Shown here in pieces: positions 50,783 through 59,753 of a stretch of DNA of 64,000 bases. The notes beneath the pieces were generated by a model. That model searched no databases, was not told the origin of the DNA, and worked only from the letters and a program-made list of their open reading frames with translations. The position numbers were made by a program, and so were the translations under genes. Position 1 is the first letter of the stretch; the number at the start of each line of letters is the position of its first letter. This DNA is from an uncultured Bacteroides sp. (GTDB lineage Bacteria > Bacteroidota > Bacteroidia > Bacteroidales > Bacteroidaceae). The stretch spans positions 21,334 to 85,333 of the forward strand of contig CAYQOV010000003.1 in assembly GCA_964419245.1 (NCBI GenBank), read 5' to 3'.

Positions 50783-52243
50783 TTATTCGCTGAACAGTGC
50801 TTTGGCTTCCTGTAGCTGTTTCAGGTTGCCGGAAGCATCGCTGTAACCGGCTTTGACCGCCCGGGCAAAAGTTTCCTCCGCCTTGTCGGCCTGTCCGCTC
50901 TTATAGTAGGCCACGCCCAGCAGGTTGAGCGAAGCTCCGTCCGTTGCACCCTTCAGCAGGGCGATGGCTTCGTCGTAGTGTTCCGTTTCGACTGCAGCCA
51001 AGGCGGCATTGTTGCGGGCTGCAAAGTTGTCGGGATAGGTACGCACCGCCACATCCAAGGTCTTACGATAGCCATCGGAGTTGCGTCCGTAGCTGTCGGC
51101 CACGCGCTGTATCTCTGCCACACTGAGCAGGTCGGGACGGGTCTTCAGCACTTCTTTGGCTTCTTCGAGCGTGAAGTTGCGCACGTTGTACTCGATACGG
51201 TATTCGTTGCGACGCAACGGGGCATAAAGCTCGTCGATCAGGTAGCGGTAGTCATCGGACGAAAGCTGCTGGCGGATTTTCCATTCGCAGCCGTCGAGGT
51301 CGTCATCGCACTGATCAATGGCTTCCTGCACCTTTGCACGGGCCGACCATCCGTCAGCCTGCTCTACCTGAGCCACAAAGCCGTCCCAGTCTTCACCCTT
51401 CCAGGCCACGTGCCAGAGGTCCTTCTTCAGTTCGGGATTTTGTTTCTGCACGTAAGCGGCAAATGTCTCTGCACGCTGCTGGGAAAGACGCAGGTTGTAG
51501 GGCATCGATCCTTCGGGAGACGCATAACCGGTGACGTAGACGCCCGTCACGGTCAGGTTCAGATTCCGCTTCACCGTTTCGAGCGAATGCTGTACACTGT
51601 CCAGCTCGGCACGGTTCTTACGGAAGTTCGGCAACACGTTGTAACCGTTTACAGGGTATTCCAGACGGGCCATCTTTACCTCTGAACGCCGTTTCACTTC
51701 TTCCTCTTCGGGCTGGACAAACGGAGAAACCGCGAGCACCGGATCCTGATAGGGCAAGATGCTACCTGCGGCCAACACCTCATCGCCTTCGGAGCACTCG
51801 GCACAGCCCGTGACATAACCGCGCAGCTCCAGGCGTCCGTTCACCATCCAGCGGTTGAAAGGCACCTCGGTAGTATAATCTACCGTCTGCGGCTTTCCAT
51901 TCTGACGCTTTATGCGCACAAGACCCTCTTCTTCTGAAATAGTGCCTAAAGCGATCTTACGTTCAGTCACCTTATTGCGAACTTTGCCTTCCAGCACCAC
52001 CGGCTTCAGTTCCATCTGCTGACTACCATCGGCCGATACCAAAACCGGCACTAGCCGCAAGGTCTGCTGACGGTTCAGTTCCACAGCGTCCAACCGGATG
52101 TCGGCACTCACCCGAACACTACGCCCGACCTTCTCCACCTTACTATTTTCCAGCGTCAGGCTTTCCAGGTAATGCGTCTGCCCCAGAACAGCCATCGGAC
52201 ATGCCGCCAACATCCATGCAAAGAATATCATTATCTTTTTCAT
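50783..52243 (-). CDS. DUF3868 / OmpA-like domain / TPR protein
   Basis: VTGYASPEG..YNLRLSQQRA and AWKGEDW OmpA-like motifs; C-terminal TPR (NLLGVAY). Confidence 0.88.
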   Translation of the reverse strand: MKKIMIFFAWMLAACPMAVLGQTHYLESLTLENSKVEKVGRSVRVSADIRLDAVELNRQQTLRLVPVLVSADGSQQMELKPVVLEGKVRNKVTERKIALGTISEEEGLVRIKRQNGKPQTVDYTTEVPFNRWMVNGRLELRGYVTGCAECSEGDEVLAAGSILPYQDPVLAVSPFVQPEEEEVKRRSEVKMARLEYPVNGYNVLPNFRKNRAELDSVQHSLETVKRNLNLTVTGVYVTGYASPEGSMPYNLRLSQQRAETFAAYVQKQNPELKKDLWHVAWKGEDWDGFVAQVEQADGWSARAKVQEAIDQCDDDLDGCEWKIRQQLSSDDYRYLIDELYAPLRRNEYRIEYNVRNFTLEEAKEVLKTRPDLLSVAEIQRVADSYGRNSDGYRKTLDVAVRTYPDNFAARNNAALAAVETEHYDEAIALLKGATDGASLNLLGVAYYKSGQADKAEETFARAVKAGYSDASGNLKQLQEAKALFSE

Positions 52244-52259
52244 ATTCTTCCTCCTTCCC

Positions 52260-52832
52260 TTATTTAATAATGTATATCAGAGAAACGGCAGCCTTGGTGA
52301 CACCCAGGTAGTTCTTTTTGCCGCTATCTTTCCATTCACCGCATTCAGGGCACTCGTACTTGTCGTAATGAGCGCGTATATAGCCGACGCCGATGGCAGC
52401 CTCGATGCTCCAGCGCTTTCCCAGCAGCCACTGGTAGCCATAGACCAGACCGGCGCCAGCATACCAACCTTCGTAGCGGTAGTTCTCCAGGTTCTTCCAG
52501 AGTCCGAACGGCATCTTGATACCGCCCCAGTTGTACTGTCCGCCCAACAGATGAGCACCGACAAAGTGGCCGTTAAAGCGTTCGCACAGCCAGTAGCGGG
52601 CTTCGGGCTGAGCCAGCCAATGCTTCCACTTCTTGTTGTCGTTGAAGGTCCAGCCGTTGTAGTTGGCAGACAGATCCAGCGTCCACTTGGGGGCAAGGCC
52701 GATTTCCGCACCCAGGTTGACCGTTGCTGTCGCGTCGTAAAGCAGGTTGGTCTTGACAGCCCAGTCCTGAGCCGACAAAGAAATGCTGACAAACAGCATC
52801 CATAAGAGCAAGATTCGTTTCATATTTTTCAT
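52260..52832 (-). CDS. DUF3575 outer-membrane beta-barrel protein, first gene of the pilus operon
   Basis: AVKTNLLYDAT, HWLAQPEARYWLCE and RYEGW motifs. ATG 52832 (or 52823) gives a signal peptide. Confidence 0.92.
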   Translation of the reverse strand: MKNMKRILLLWMLFVSISLSAQDWAVKTNLLYDATATVNLGAEIGLAPKWTLDLSANYNGWTFNDNKKWKHWLAQPEARYWLCERFNGHFVGAHLLGGQYNWGGIKMPFGLWKNLENYRYEGWYAGAGLVYGYQWLLGKRWSIEAAIGVGYIRAHYDKYECPECGEWKDSGKKNYLGVTKAAVSLIYIIK

Positions 52833-52880
52833 TTTTATAGCACGATTTCTTTCAATCTCAATAAAAAAACAGGCTTTTCT

Positions 52881-53539
52881 GTTACTTTGTAGGTAACGGT
52901 GAAAGACGTTTTTCAAGACTCTTCTTCCTTTCACACGGAATGAAAAAAGTTCTTTCAATGAAACTTCACTACAAGAAGCTGTGTGTCAATAGCTTGTAGT
53001 GAAACCAACAATTTTCCCTCCTGTAACTGTGAAAGCAGTGTGAAATACATCTCGTTTCACTTCATTCGGTTGCTGTTCAGTGTTTTATGCTTCGTGTGAA
53101 GCCTTGAAGGCAGAATCTAGAAGAGAACTTGTAAACATCTACTTTAGCGTCATAAACATCTACTTTAGCCGCGTAAACAGGCACTTTAGCCAAGCCAACA
53201 TCTATATTTGTGGAAGGCGGTTCCTTTCCGTAGGCAGGTCCGGCCTCACAGTAGGGGCGTGAAGCGGAGGGCGGTTTTCAGGCGTATAGAAGGACTGGCT
53301 GTCTGAGCGTAGCGAGTTCCTGTCTTTTAGCCCGAGAATCGTCCGAAGTAGTCCCGGAAGTGCAGCTGTGTTCCTTTCTTTTTGGTATCTTTTTCTTTCG
53401 GGCAGGCGAAAGAAAAAGTATGAACTTTATAATCGAACTGTAAAATTTTAATGTTAAAATCCAGTTCTTGTTTGTTTGTCTGTAAATAAAAGTTTAATTT
53501 TGTACCATTGATTTAAATCAACGTTACCTACAAAGTAAC
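52881..53539. promoter_or_regulatory. Invertible promoter segment (659 bp) bounded by perfect 18-bp inverted repeats; OFF orientation
   Basis: GTTACTTTGTAGGTAACG (52881-52898) and CGTTACCTACAAAGTAAC (53522-53539). Internal promoter TTTG (53471-53474)-N20-TAATTTTG (53495-53502) faces away from the pilus genes. Confidence 0.9.
53131..53204. repeat. About 3.5 tandem 21-bp units (TAAACATCTACTTTAGC) inside the invertible segment
   Basis: TAAACA at 53132, 53153 and 53174; a degenerate copy at 53195. Confidence 0.8.
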
Positions 53540-53614
53540 CGTATCTGCACATCTTTCCCGAAACGTAAAATAATCTCCTTTCACCAAATTACAACCTGAT
53601 TATACGGTTGTCAC

Positions 53615-54592
53615 CTAATTGGGGGACACTTCCGCCCAAAGGCATAAGAAAAGCCCCAAGAGATCAGGCACAAAAAATACTTGTGAAAGAATCTCCCGGT
53701 TCATCTGTCCGATACGTTCGTCTGTATGCCGTTTGAAATAGGTTTCAGTAACCTTTACAGATGAATGGCCCATGGCGTGGCTGATCAGCTCCTGCTGGTA
53801 GTTGTGATAATTGGCAATCGTGGCCCAACTGTGACGGGCGCAATAGCTGCTGAGTACCGAACCGATGCCCATCCGGACACCCAGCTGCTTCAAGTCGGCG
53901 TTGAAGTTGCGCAGGGCTGCCTGATAACAACGATAGGCACGAATACCCGTGCCCTTGATAAAGGGGAACAGATAGGGAGAGCTTTCGTCGGAGGTTTTCA
54001 GCTGCTCGATCAGCGACATGGCGCGGGGCTCTACCTGCACGGAAAGCCAGGAACCGGTCTTGCGCCGGCGGTAAACCAGAACATCCCCCTGAAGGTCGCA
54101 CTTACGGAGATAGGCCACGTCGACAAAGGGAATGCCACGCAGCATGAACAACAGCAAGAACAGGAGACGGGCTTTCTCCAGACGGGCGGTGCAGCCGGGT
54201 AACGGTGTGTCCAGCTTGCGGAACACAGACTCGTCGAGCGCCCGTTTCACCGTGACACGGGTACCGGTATAGACTCCCTTGAACAGTCGGGGACGAAACG
54301 GAGCACGTCCCGCATCGACACCGCGGAAATAGACTGCGCGAAGCATGCGCATATAGGTGGAAATGGAGTTCCACTGCAGCTGGCGGTCCAGTAGGTAGTT
54401 CTGGAAACTTTTCAACCAAAGAGGGGTCACCTCACAAAAAGAAAGAGGGACACCCCCGGTGAAGTCGAGCACACGACGCAGCGTACTGCGATAGACGTGT
54501 GCCGTACCGGGGCGTCCCTCTTTCTCCAATTGGAGGATCAGGGCGGCCATACAGGCCGTCAAAGATTCTTTTCCTTTTTTCATAAGCTTCAT
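53615..54592 (-). CDS. Tyrosine site-specific recombinase, probable invertase
   Basis: SAM-like N-domain; catalytic R (LRGIPFVD), K (RRKT), YCARHSWAT, MGH and Y (TETY); no arm-binding domain; adjacent to the inverted repeats. Confidence 0.93.
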   Translation of the reverse strand: MKLMKKGKESLTACMAALILQLEKEGRPGTAHVYRSTLRRVLDFTGGVPLSFCEVTPLWLKSFQNYLLDRQLQWNSISTYMRMLRAVYFRGVDAGRAPFRPRLFKGVYTGTRVTVKRALDESVFRKLDTPLPGCTARLEKARLLFLLLFMLRGIPFVDVAYLRKCDLQGDVLVYRRRKTGSWLSVQVEPRAMSLIEQLKTSDESSPYLFPFIKGTGIRAYRCYQAALRNFNADLKQLGVRMGIGSVLSSYCARHSWATIANYHNYQQELISHAMGHSSVKVTETYFKRHTDERIGQMNREILSQVFFVPDLLGLFLCLWAEVSPN

Positions 54593-54697
54593 GGGTTATG
54601 AGTTAAAATCCAAAGGAAAAATAAGGAAAAGAACTGAGAATGAACGAAGATTCTCCCATTTTTCTTTTGCAGGAGAATCTGTATCAGCCTTCACGCA

Positions 54698-56998
54698 TCA
54701 GTAACTGATCTTCACTCCCGCAAAATAGGAACGGGGCAGGCCAGGACCGTAGATGTAGCCGGAGTCGCGCAGCTTGCCCTGGTCGAAGTCTTTCTGATAG
54801 GCGTTGAAGAGGTTCTGTACGCCGGCATTCACCTGAAGGGTGATATCCTTGTAGAGGGTGAAGTCGTAAGCGGCCTTGAGGTTCATTTCCCAGAAACTGG
54901 GCGTAGTCTCGGCACGGTCTTTCTCGATGTAGCCGGCACGGTGTTCCACCAGCATACTGTCCGTATAGGTACCCGACAGGGCGATGCTCAGAGGTTTCAC
55001 AGGACTGTAGGTCAGGGTCATGTAGCCATAGGTGTCGGGCGTGCGGAAGATGCGCTTCTCCATGGGAACGGTTTCATCGTCGCTCCACTGGCGGGCCTCC
55101 TTGTATTCCGCCTTCTGCAGGGTAACGCCCGCCTGAAGCTGGAGCGTAGTGAGCCAGGCCAGCTTGCCTTCGAGCGTCACGCCATAGACACGGGCTCCTT
55201 TCTCGTTGTAGCGTTCGTTCTTCAGGATGCCGTCTTCGGTGCCGATCTGGCGCAAGGCAAAGGCGTCGGACAGGTTGGTGTAGAAACCTTCGACCAACAG
55301 ATTGCCCTGCAAGGCGCCCCAACGGTGGTACAGGTCGGCCGAAAGACTGACGCTGCGCGACTTCTCTTCACGCAGGTCCTTGGCCAGCTGGATCATGGAT
55401 ACGTTGCCACCCACGTTCTCGACATGCAGGTCCTCGTCGAAGGCCTGCGGGGCACGGAAGCCCACGGAGTAGGCGGCACGCAGGTTGATATCTTTCGTGG
55501 GATTGTAGCGCAGGTTGACACGCGGACTGAAGATGACGTGGTCTATCAGATTGTGCTTGTCCAAACGTCCGCCTACAAGGAAACTCCAGTGGTCGTTCTT
55601 CCACTCGTTCTGCAGGAAGGCGCCGGCGATGCGCACCGTCTGGTCGATGTAACGGTTGTAGCCCCACATCTTGTCGTGCATGGCGTCCTGGTTGTACTCC
55701 ACACCACCCGTCAGGTCGGCAGGCAGGAAGAGGCAGCGGTCGAAATGGTAGACATACTGCGAACCGACTACCCACGTCAGGTCTGTAGTGGCACCGTAGG
55801 CATTGAGCGAATGGTCGCCACCGTAGTAGCTGTCGCGGTCGATGTGCTGCATGGAGGCGTAGACATTGACTTTATGTTTTTCGTTGGGCGAAAAGTAGTC
55901 GAACTTTACGCTACCGCTATTGATGCTGTGTTCGGTCTGTTCGGTGATGTCGGTCTCGTGGGGCGGACGGTCGAGCAGGTTACCGCCACGGCGGAACTCC
56001 TGCAGATGGTGGTACTCGAAGGTCAGCTTGGAGTAAGTACTGGTCTTGAGGAAGGAACGGAAGCCTACGGTCTGGTTGCGCAGCTTGGGCAGCTCGGTGA
56101 AGCCGTCGCCGTCGTAGTCGAAGCCGCTGCGCTGGCGGTTCTGCCCGAAGACATAGATGCCCGCCTTGTGGTTGTCGGTCACCAGCGAGGCGTTCATCGT
56201 CGTATTGTTGTCGAACGCAGAGAAGCCTCCTACACCCATAATCGTATGTCCCAGTTGGGCGGAGTTGCGCAGGGGTTCCTTGGTGATGATGTTGATGGTA
56301 CCCGCAATGGCCGACGCACCGAAGAGGGCCGAACCGCCTCCACGCATCACTTCCACACGTTCGATCATGTTGGCCGGTATCTGCTCCAACCCGTACACAC
56401 CTGCCAGAGCGCTGAATACAGGACGCGAGTCTATAAGAATCTGGGTATAGGGACCGTCGAGGCCGTTGATGCGCACCTGCTGGAAACCGCAGTTCTGGCA
56501 GTTGTTCTCCACACGCACGCCGGGCTGAAAGTTCAGTCCCTGAGCCAATGTGGTAGAGTTGGTCTGTTCGAAGAGCTTGAAGTCCATGACGTTGACCAGC
56601 GTGGGGGCTAGGCGTCGGGTCGTCTCACTGCGGTTGGCGGTGACCACCACGCCGTCCAGCGCCACAAGGTCTTCCTCCAGTTCGAAATTCTCTTCCAGCG
56701 TGACGCCCTTCTTCAGAACGACTTCGCGTGTCAGTGTCTTGTAACCTACGGAGCTGACTTGCAACGTAAAGCGGCCTTCGGGCAGATTCTTCAGAAAATA
56801 GTGTCCAGTGGCATCGGTCAGGGTACCGATGGTGGTTCCTTTCAGGGAAACGGTAATATAAGAGAGGTGTTCTTTGGAATGTTTTTCCAATACATGTCCT
56901 ACGATGTTGGCATCCGAACTCTTCAGTTCTTCGGCCATAAGAGTGGCTGGCAGCAATGCGCACAGCAGAGCCACCACAAGAAAGATATATTTTTTCAT
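54698..56998 (-). CDS. TonB-dependent receptor (FepA/CirA-like, probable metal uptake)
   Basis: ATG 56998 gives a signal peptide; plug PGVRVENNCQNCG...RINGLDGPYTQILID; IERVEVMRGGGSALFG; terminal ISY. Confidence 0.93.
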   Translation of the reverse strand: MKKYIFLVVALLCALLPATLMAEELKSSDANIVGHVLEKHSKEHLSYITVSLKGTTIGTLTDATGHYFLKNLPEGRFTLQVSSVGYKTLTREVVLKKGVTLEENFELEEDLVALDGVVVTANRSETTRRLAPTLVNVMDFKLFEQTNSTTLAQGLNFQPGVRVENNCQNCGFQQVRINGLDGPYTQILIDSRPVFSALAGVYGLEQIPANMIERVEVMRGGGSALFGASAIAGTINIITKEPLRNSAQLGHTIMGVGGFSAFDNNTTMNASLVTDNHKAGIYVFGQNRQRSGFDYDGDGFTELPKLRNQTVGFRSFLKTSTYSKLTFEYHHLQEFRRGGNLLDRPPHETDITEQTEHSINSGSVKFDYFSPNEKHKVNVYASMQHIDRDSYYGGDHSLNAYGATTDLTWVVGSQYVYHFDRCLFLPADLTGGVEYNQDAMHDKMWGYNRYIDQTVRIAGAFLQNEWKNDHWSFLVGGRLDKHNLIDHVIFSPRVNLRYNPTKDINLRAAYSVGFRAPQAFDEDLHVENVGGNVSMIQLAKDLREEKSRSVSLSADLYHRWGALQGNLLVEGFYTNLSDAFALRQIGTEDGILKNERYNEKGARVYGVTLEGKLAWLTTLQLQAGVTLQKAEYKEARQWSDDETVPMEKRIFRTPDTYGYMTLTYSPVKPLSIALSGTYTDSMLVEHRAGYIEKDRAETTPSFWEMNLKAAYDFTLYKDITLQVNAGVQNLFNAYQKDFDQGKLRDSGYIYGPGLPRSYFAGVKISY

Positions 56999-57070
56999 GT
57001 GTCTTCTATTTAATAATTTGAATAAAGGAAATGATAGATGCATCTAAACAGATGCTCACCACAGATTACA

Positions 57071-57394
57071 TCAACAAGAGAAGACACAAACGGGAGGGGC
57101 GCGCAGACGGATGCCGTCGTCCGGCCGACGCAGGCAGAGGCACGACGTACGCGCCACAACCAGCAAGCCCAACAGGGCACAGAAGCAGGGAACGGCAACC
57201 AACAGCACAGGAACGGAGGAAGCCACATAGTGGTCGAGGAAGAAGATGGTCTCGGCCTGGCTCTCGGTGTGCTGATGACCGGTTTTGAAGGGATGCGAAT
57301 GCACAATGATAACTCCGTTCACCACATGTGAGTGGGTGAACAGCGTAACTCCTCCCCAATACGCCAGGAACAGCAGGGGAAGAAAATACTTCAT
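57071..57394 (-). CDS. His-rich membrane/exported leader protein with C-terminal RAPP motif
   Basis: MKYFLPLLFLAYWGGVTLFTHSHVVNGVIIVHSHPFKTGHQH...IRLRAPPVCVFSC. Promoter TTTG (57473-57476)-N20-TATCTTTG (57445-57452) on minus. Confidence 0.85.
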   Translation of the reverse strand: MKYFLPLLFLAYWGGVTLFTHSHVVNGVIIVHSHPFKTGHQHTESQAETIFFLDHYVASSVPVLLVAVPCFCALLGLLVVARTSCLCLRRPDDGIRLRAPPVCVFSC

Positions 57395-57524
57395 AATGCG
57401 GCGCAGTTTCTCCAAAAGCGTTTGTTTATGATTGATTGTGGCGGCAAAGATAGGAGTATTTAGGCGATCCAACAAATTTTCAGTCTCCCCATTTATAAGG
57501 ATTTAAAACAGAATAACGACAAGG

Positions 57525-57560
57525 TGCATCACATTTCGGGACAGGTTTCCCTTATTTTTA
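57525..57560 (+). promoter_or_regulatory. Candidate WYL-regulator box and -7 element for the WYL operon
   Basis: TGCATCA-N5-CGGGACA, a 9-nt spacer, then TATTTTTA. Confidence 0.55.
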
Positions 57561-57655
57561 CAGCATAAAATTGGAACATTTTTTATAAATTTGGAATTAA
57601 AATATTTCACTTAGAAAAAATCAGCAACATACATCTCAAAAGTCTGTAGCATACC

Positions 57656-58567
57656 ATGTCAATACTGAATAAATACATATGGATAGTCGATACCCTGCAT
57701 CAAGCAGGCGAACGCGGTATTTCACTGAAGGAACTGAACGAAAAATGGGTACGCAACGAAGAACTGAGCCATGGTGAATCCATTCCGCGCCAGACCTTTG
57801 ACCGCTGGAAAGGAAATATTTTGGATTTGTTGGGCATAATCATAGAATGTCATACCAAAGGCGGTTATCGGTATTACATTGAAAATCCGGAGGTTTTATC
57901 TGACAGCAAACTGAGCCGATGGTTACTTGATACTTATAGCACAGTCAATGCTCTATCGAAGCATACCGCATTACACAACCGCATTCTAGTAGAGGAAATC
58001 CCTTCAAACAGAAACTTCTTGGCACTCATCATCAATGCCATGAAGGAAAATAAAATTGTAGCTCTCACCTATAAAAATTTCATTTCGGACAAAGAACACT
58101 CATGCCCCATCTGCCCCTATTGCCTGAAGATGTTTCAAAAACGATGGTACACGCTGGCTTTGAGTGTTAATGAAAACAAGTTGCGTATTTATGCACTTGA
58201 CCGAATTGTGAATGCACAACTTACAGAGCAACATTTCACTATACCCAAAGATTTTGATGCAAGGGAATACTTCTCCTCTTATTTCGGAATAGTTCTTGAT
58301 GAAACAGTAAAAGAGCAACGAATTATACTACGCGCTTATAAACCACATCAGAATTATCTTCGAACTCTTCCGCTCCATCCTTCGCAAAAAGAAATATACA
58401 CATGTGAGGTCTATTCAGACTTTGAACTTTTTCTTCGCCCAACCTACGATTTCGTCATGGAATTACTTCATGCCGGAGCATTGGTCGAGGTGCTGGAACC
58501 CGAGTCTTTGCGACAACAGATGTACAGTTGGGTGAAAGATTTGTGGAATATGTACAAGAATAAATAA
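57656..58567 (+). CDS. WYL-domain transcriptional regulator (wHTH-WYL-WCX)
   Basis: N-terminal ISLKELNEKW...IPRQTFDRWK wHTH; CPYCLKMFQKRWYTL...IYALDRI WYL core; YLRTLPLHPSQ and VEVLEPESLR WCX. Confidence 0.93.
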   Translation: MSILNKYIWIVDTLHQAGERGISLKELNEKWVRNEELSHGESIPRQTFDRWKGNILDLLGIIIECHTKGGYRYYIENPEVLSDSKLSRWLLDTYSTVNALSKHTALHNRILVEEIPSNRNFLALIINAMKENKIVALTYKNFISDKEHSCPICPYCLKMFQKRWYTLALSVNENKLRIYALDRIVNAQLTEQHFTIPKDFDAREYFSSYFGIVLDETVKEQRIILRAYKPHQNYLRTLPLHPSQKEIYTCEVYSDFELFLRPTYDFVMELLHAGALVEVLEPESLRQQMYSWVKDLWNMYKNK

Positions 58568-58586
58568 CACTAAAAAATCAAAAGTC

Positions 58587-59390
58587 ATGAAAAAAGAAGA
58601 ATTAGAACTCCGTAAAGCATTTTACAACTTAGAAAAGCAGTACCGCCCTTATTTTGATGTGTTAACAGAGAATCAAGATATATATCCAGAGTACACTGGT
58701 GCAGTTACCATTGACGGATATCTCAATTATAAACCTGAAATACTATTCTTAGGTTATAATCCTGCACATGGAAAATATCGAGACTGGAATAAAGATGGAG
58801 CTCATCTTGTATATACGGGAGAAAGACCATTCGGATTTTTCGAGGTAGGAAATGCACGTAAAAATGGACGACAATGGTGGGAAACCAATCAAGCCAGAGG
58901 AAATTCTTTTCCAGCTAATATTATAGATTTCTTATATCAATATGTGGCAGAATTAGGCATTGATTCTGAATATCAAACATTCAAAAGGCCCAAATGGAGT
59001 AATGGTATCGAATCCAAAATAATGGCTATAAATATCTATCCTATTGCAACCAAATCGAGTAAAGAGTTAATGAATCTTTTCAAAAAGATGATAAATAACA
59101 AAGCAATTCCTGAAATTAAATCATGTGAAGAAGAATGGGATATTCGAAAAATCTTCATTCATCAGATACACGATTTTATAGTAGATTTTGTCAAACCCAA
59201 AGCCATACTATGTATTGGAACCCAAACTATTTCAGATTATACCTGGGGAGAATTTCAAAAAAAGGAAGGAGGTATTATGATATCCCCCAATTATCCCAAT
59301 ATGATAGGAATAAGTAGAAGTGGGACATGGAATACTCGGGCAAAAACAGCAGCTAAATTAATAGCTGATATAGCAAAGCAATACAACTGA
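58587..59390 (+). CDS. Hypothetical protein with a probable uracil-DNA-glycosylase-like fold
   Basis: PEILFLGYNP resembles UDG motif A; also MAINIYPIAT and VKPKAILCIG; no HPS motif B. Confidence 0.6.
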   Translation: MKKEELELRKAFYNLEKQYRPYFDVLTENQDIYPEYTGAVTIDGYLNYKPEILFLGYNPAHGKYRDWNKDGAHLVYTGERPFGFFEVGNARKNGRQWWETNQARGNSFPANIIDFLYQYVAELGIDSEYQTFKRPKWSNGIESKIMAINIYPIATKSSKELMNLFKKMINNKAIPEIKSCEEEWDIRKIFIHQIHDFIVDFVKPKAILCIGTQTISDYTWGEFQKKEGGIMISPNYPNMIGISRSGTWNTRAKTAAKLIADIAKQYN

Positions 59391-59423
59391 TAATTTTTTG
59401 ATATCTATATGTATCTTATCATT

Positions 59424-59464
59424 AAAATAGCTCAACCCTCCATCAACGAGAGTTGAGCCATTTT
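59424..59464. terminator. Probable bidirectional terminator between convergent island genes
   Basis: AAAAT-A-GCTCAAC-C-CTC / GAG-A-GTTGAGC-C-ATTTT stem flanked by A and T runs. Confidence 0.7.
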
Positions 59465-59479
59465 CTTAAATACAAAACC

Positions 59480-59704
59480 TCACCCCATTTTTTCACAAAC
59501 AAGATGCGAAACATTCATCCTCAATTTGTCAAATTTGGTAGAATACTTGGTATTAAATGCTTTTGCAATTATTTCCTGATATTGGTATTGCCCAATAGGC
59601 GGTGTAGTTGATTGCGTACTAAGTTCGATATACATACCTTTGGTCAGTACCATGTCTTTACCCCAATTCCAATTGCTTCTTGCAGAAATTTTCCAGAGTG
59701 GCAT
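59480..59704 (-). CDS. Small hypothetical protein, 74 aa (DUF6140-like, from memory)
   Basis: A-rich translation-initiation region (TTAAAAACTTACAATT-ATG), own -7 box TACTTTTG, and a terminator just after the stop. Confidence 0.7.
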   Translation of the reverse strand: MPLWKISARSNWNWGKDMVLTKGMYIELSTQSTTPPIGQYQYQEIIAKAFNTKYSTKFDKLRMNVSHLVCEKMG

Positions 59705-59753
59705 AATTGTAAGTTTTTAAGTGTTAATACTATTATTGTCTAATTGGTAACGA

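Noticed and set aside
52833-52958. N-terminal extension of the DUF3575 ORF
   Set aside because: It crosses the left inverted repeat; the signal peptide starts at 52832 or 52823.
53615-54592. Integrase as a marker of a prophage or ICE
   Set aside because: No phage, relaxase or conjugation genes and no att direct repeats seen. The adjacent inverted repeats point to an invertase.
44443-54592. Complete diversity-generating retroelement
   Set aside because: No reverse transcriptase, Avd or template repeat visible in the window.
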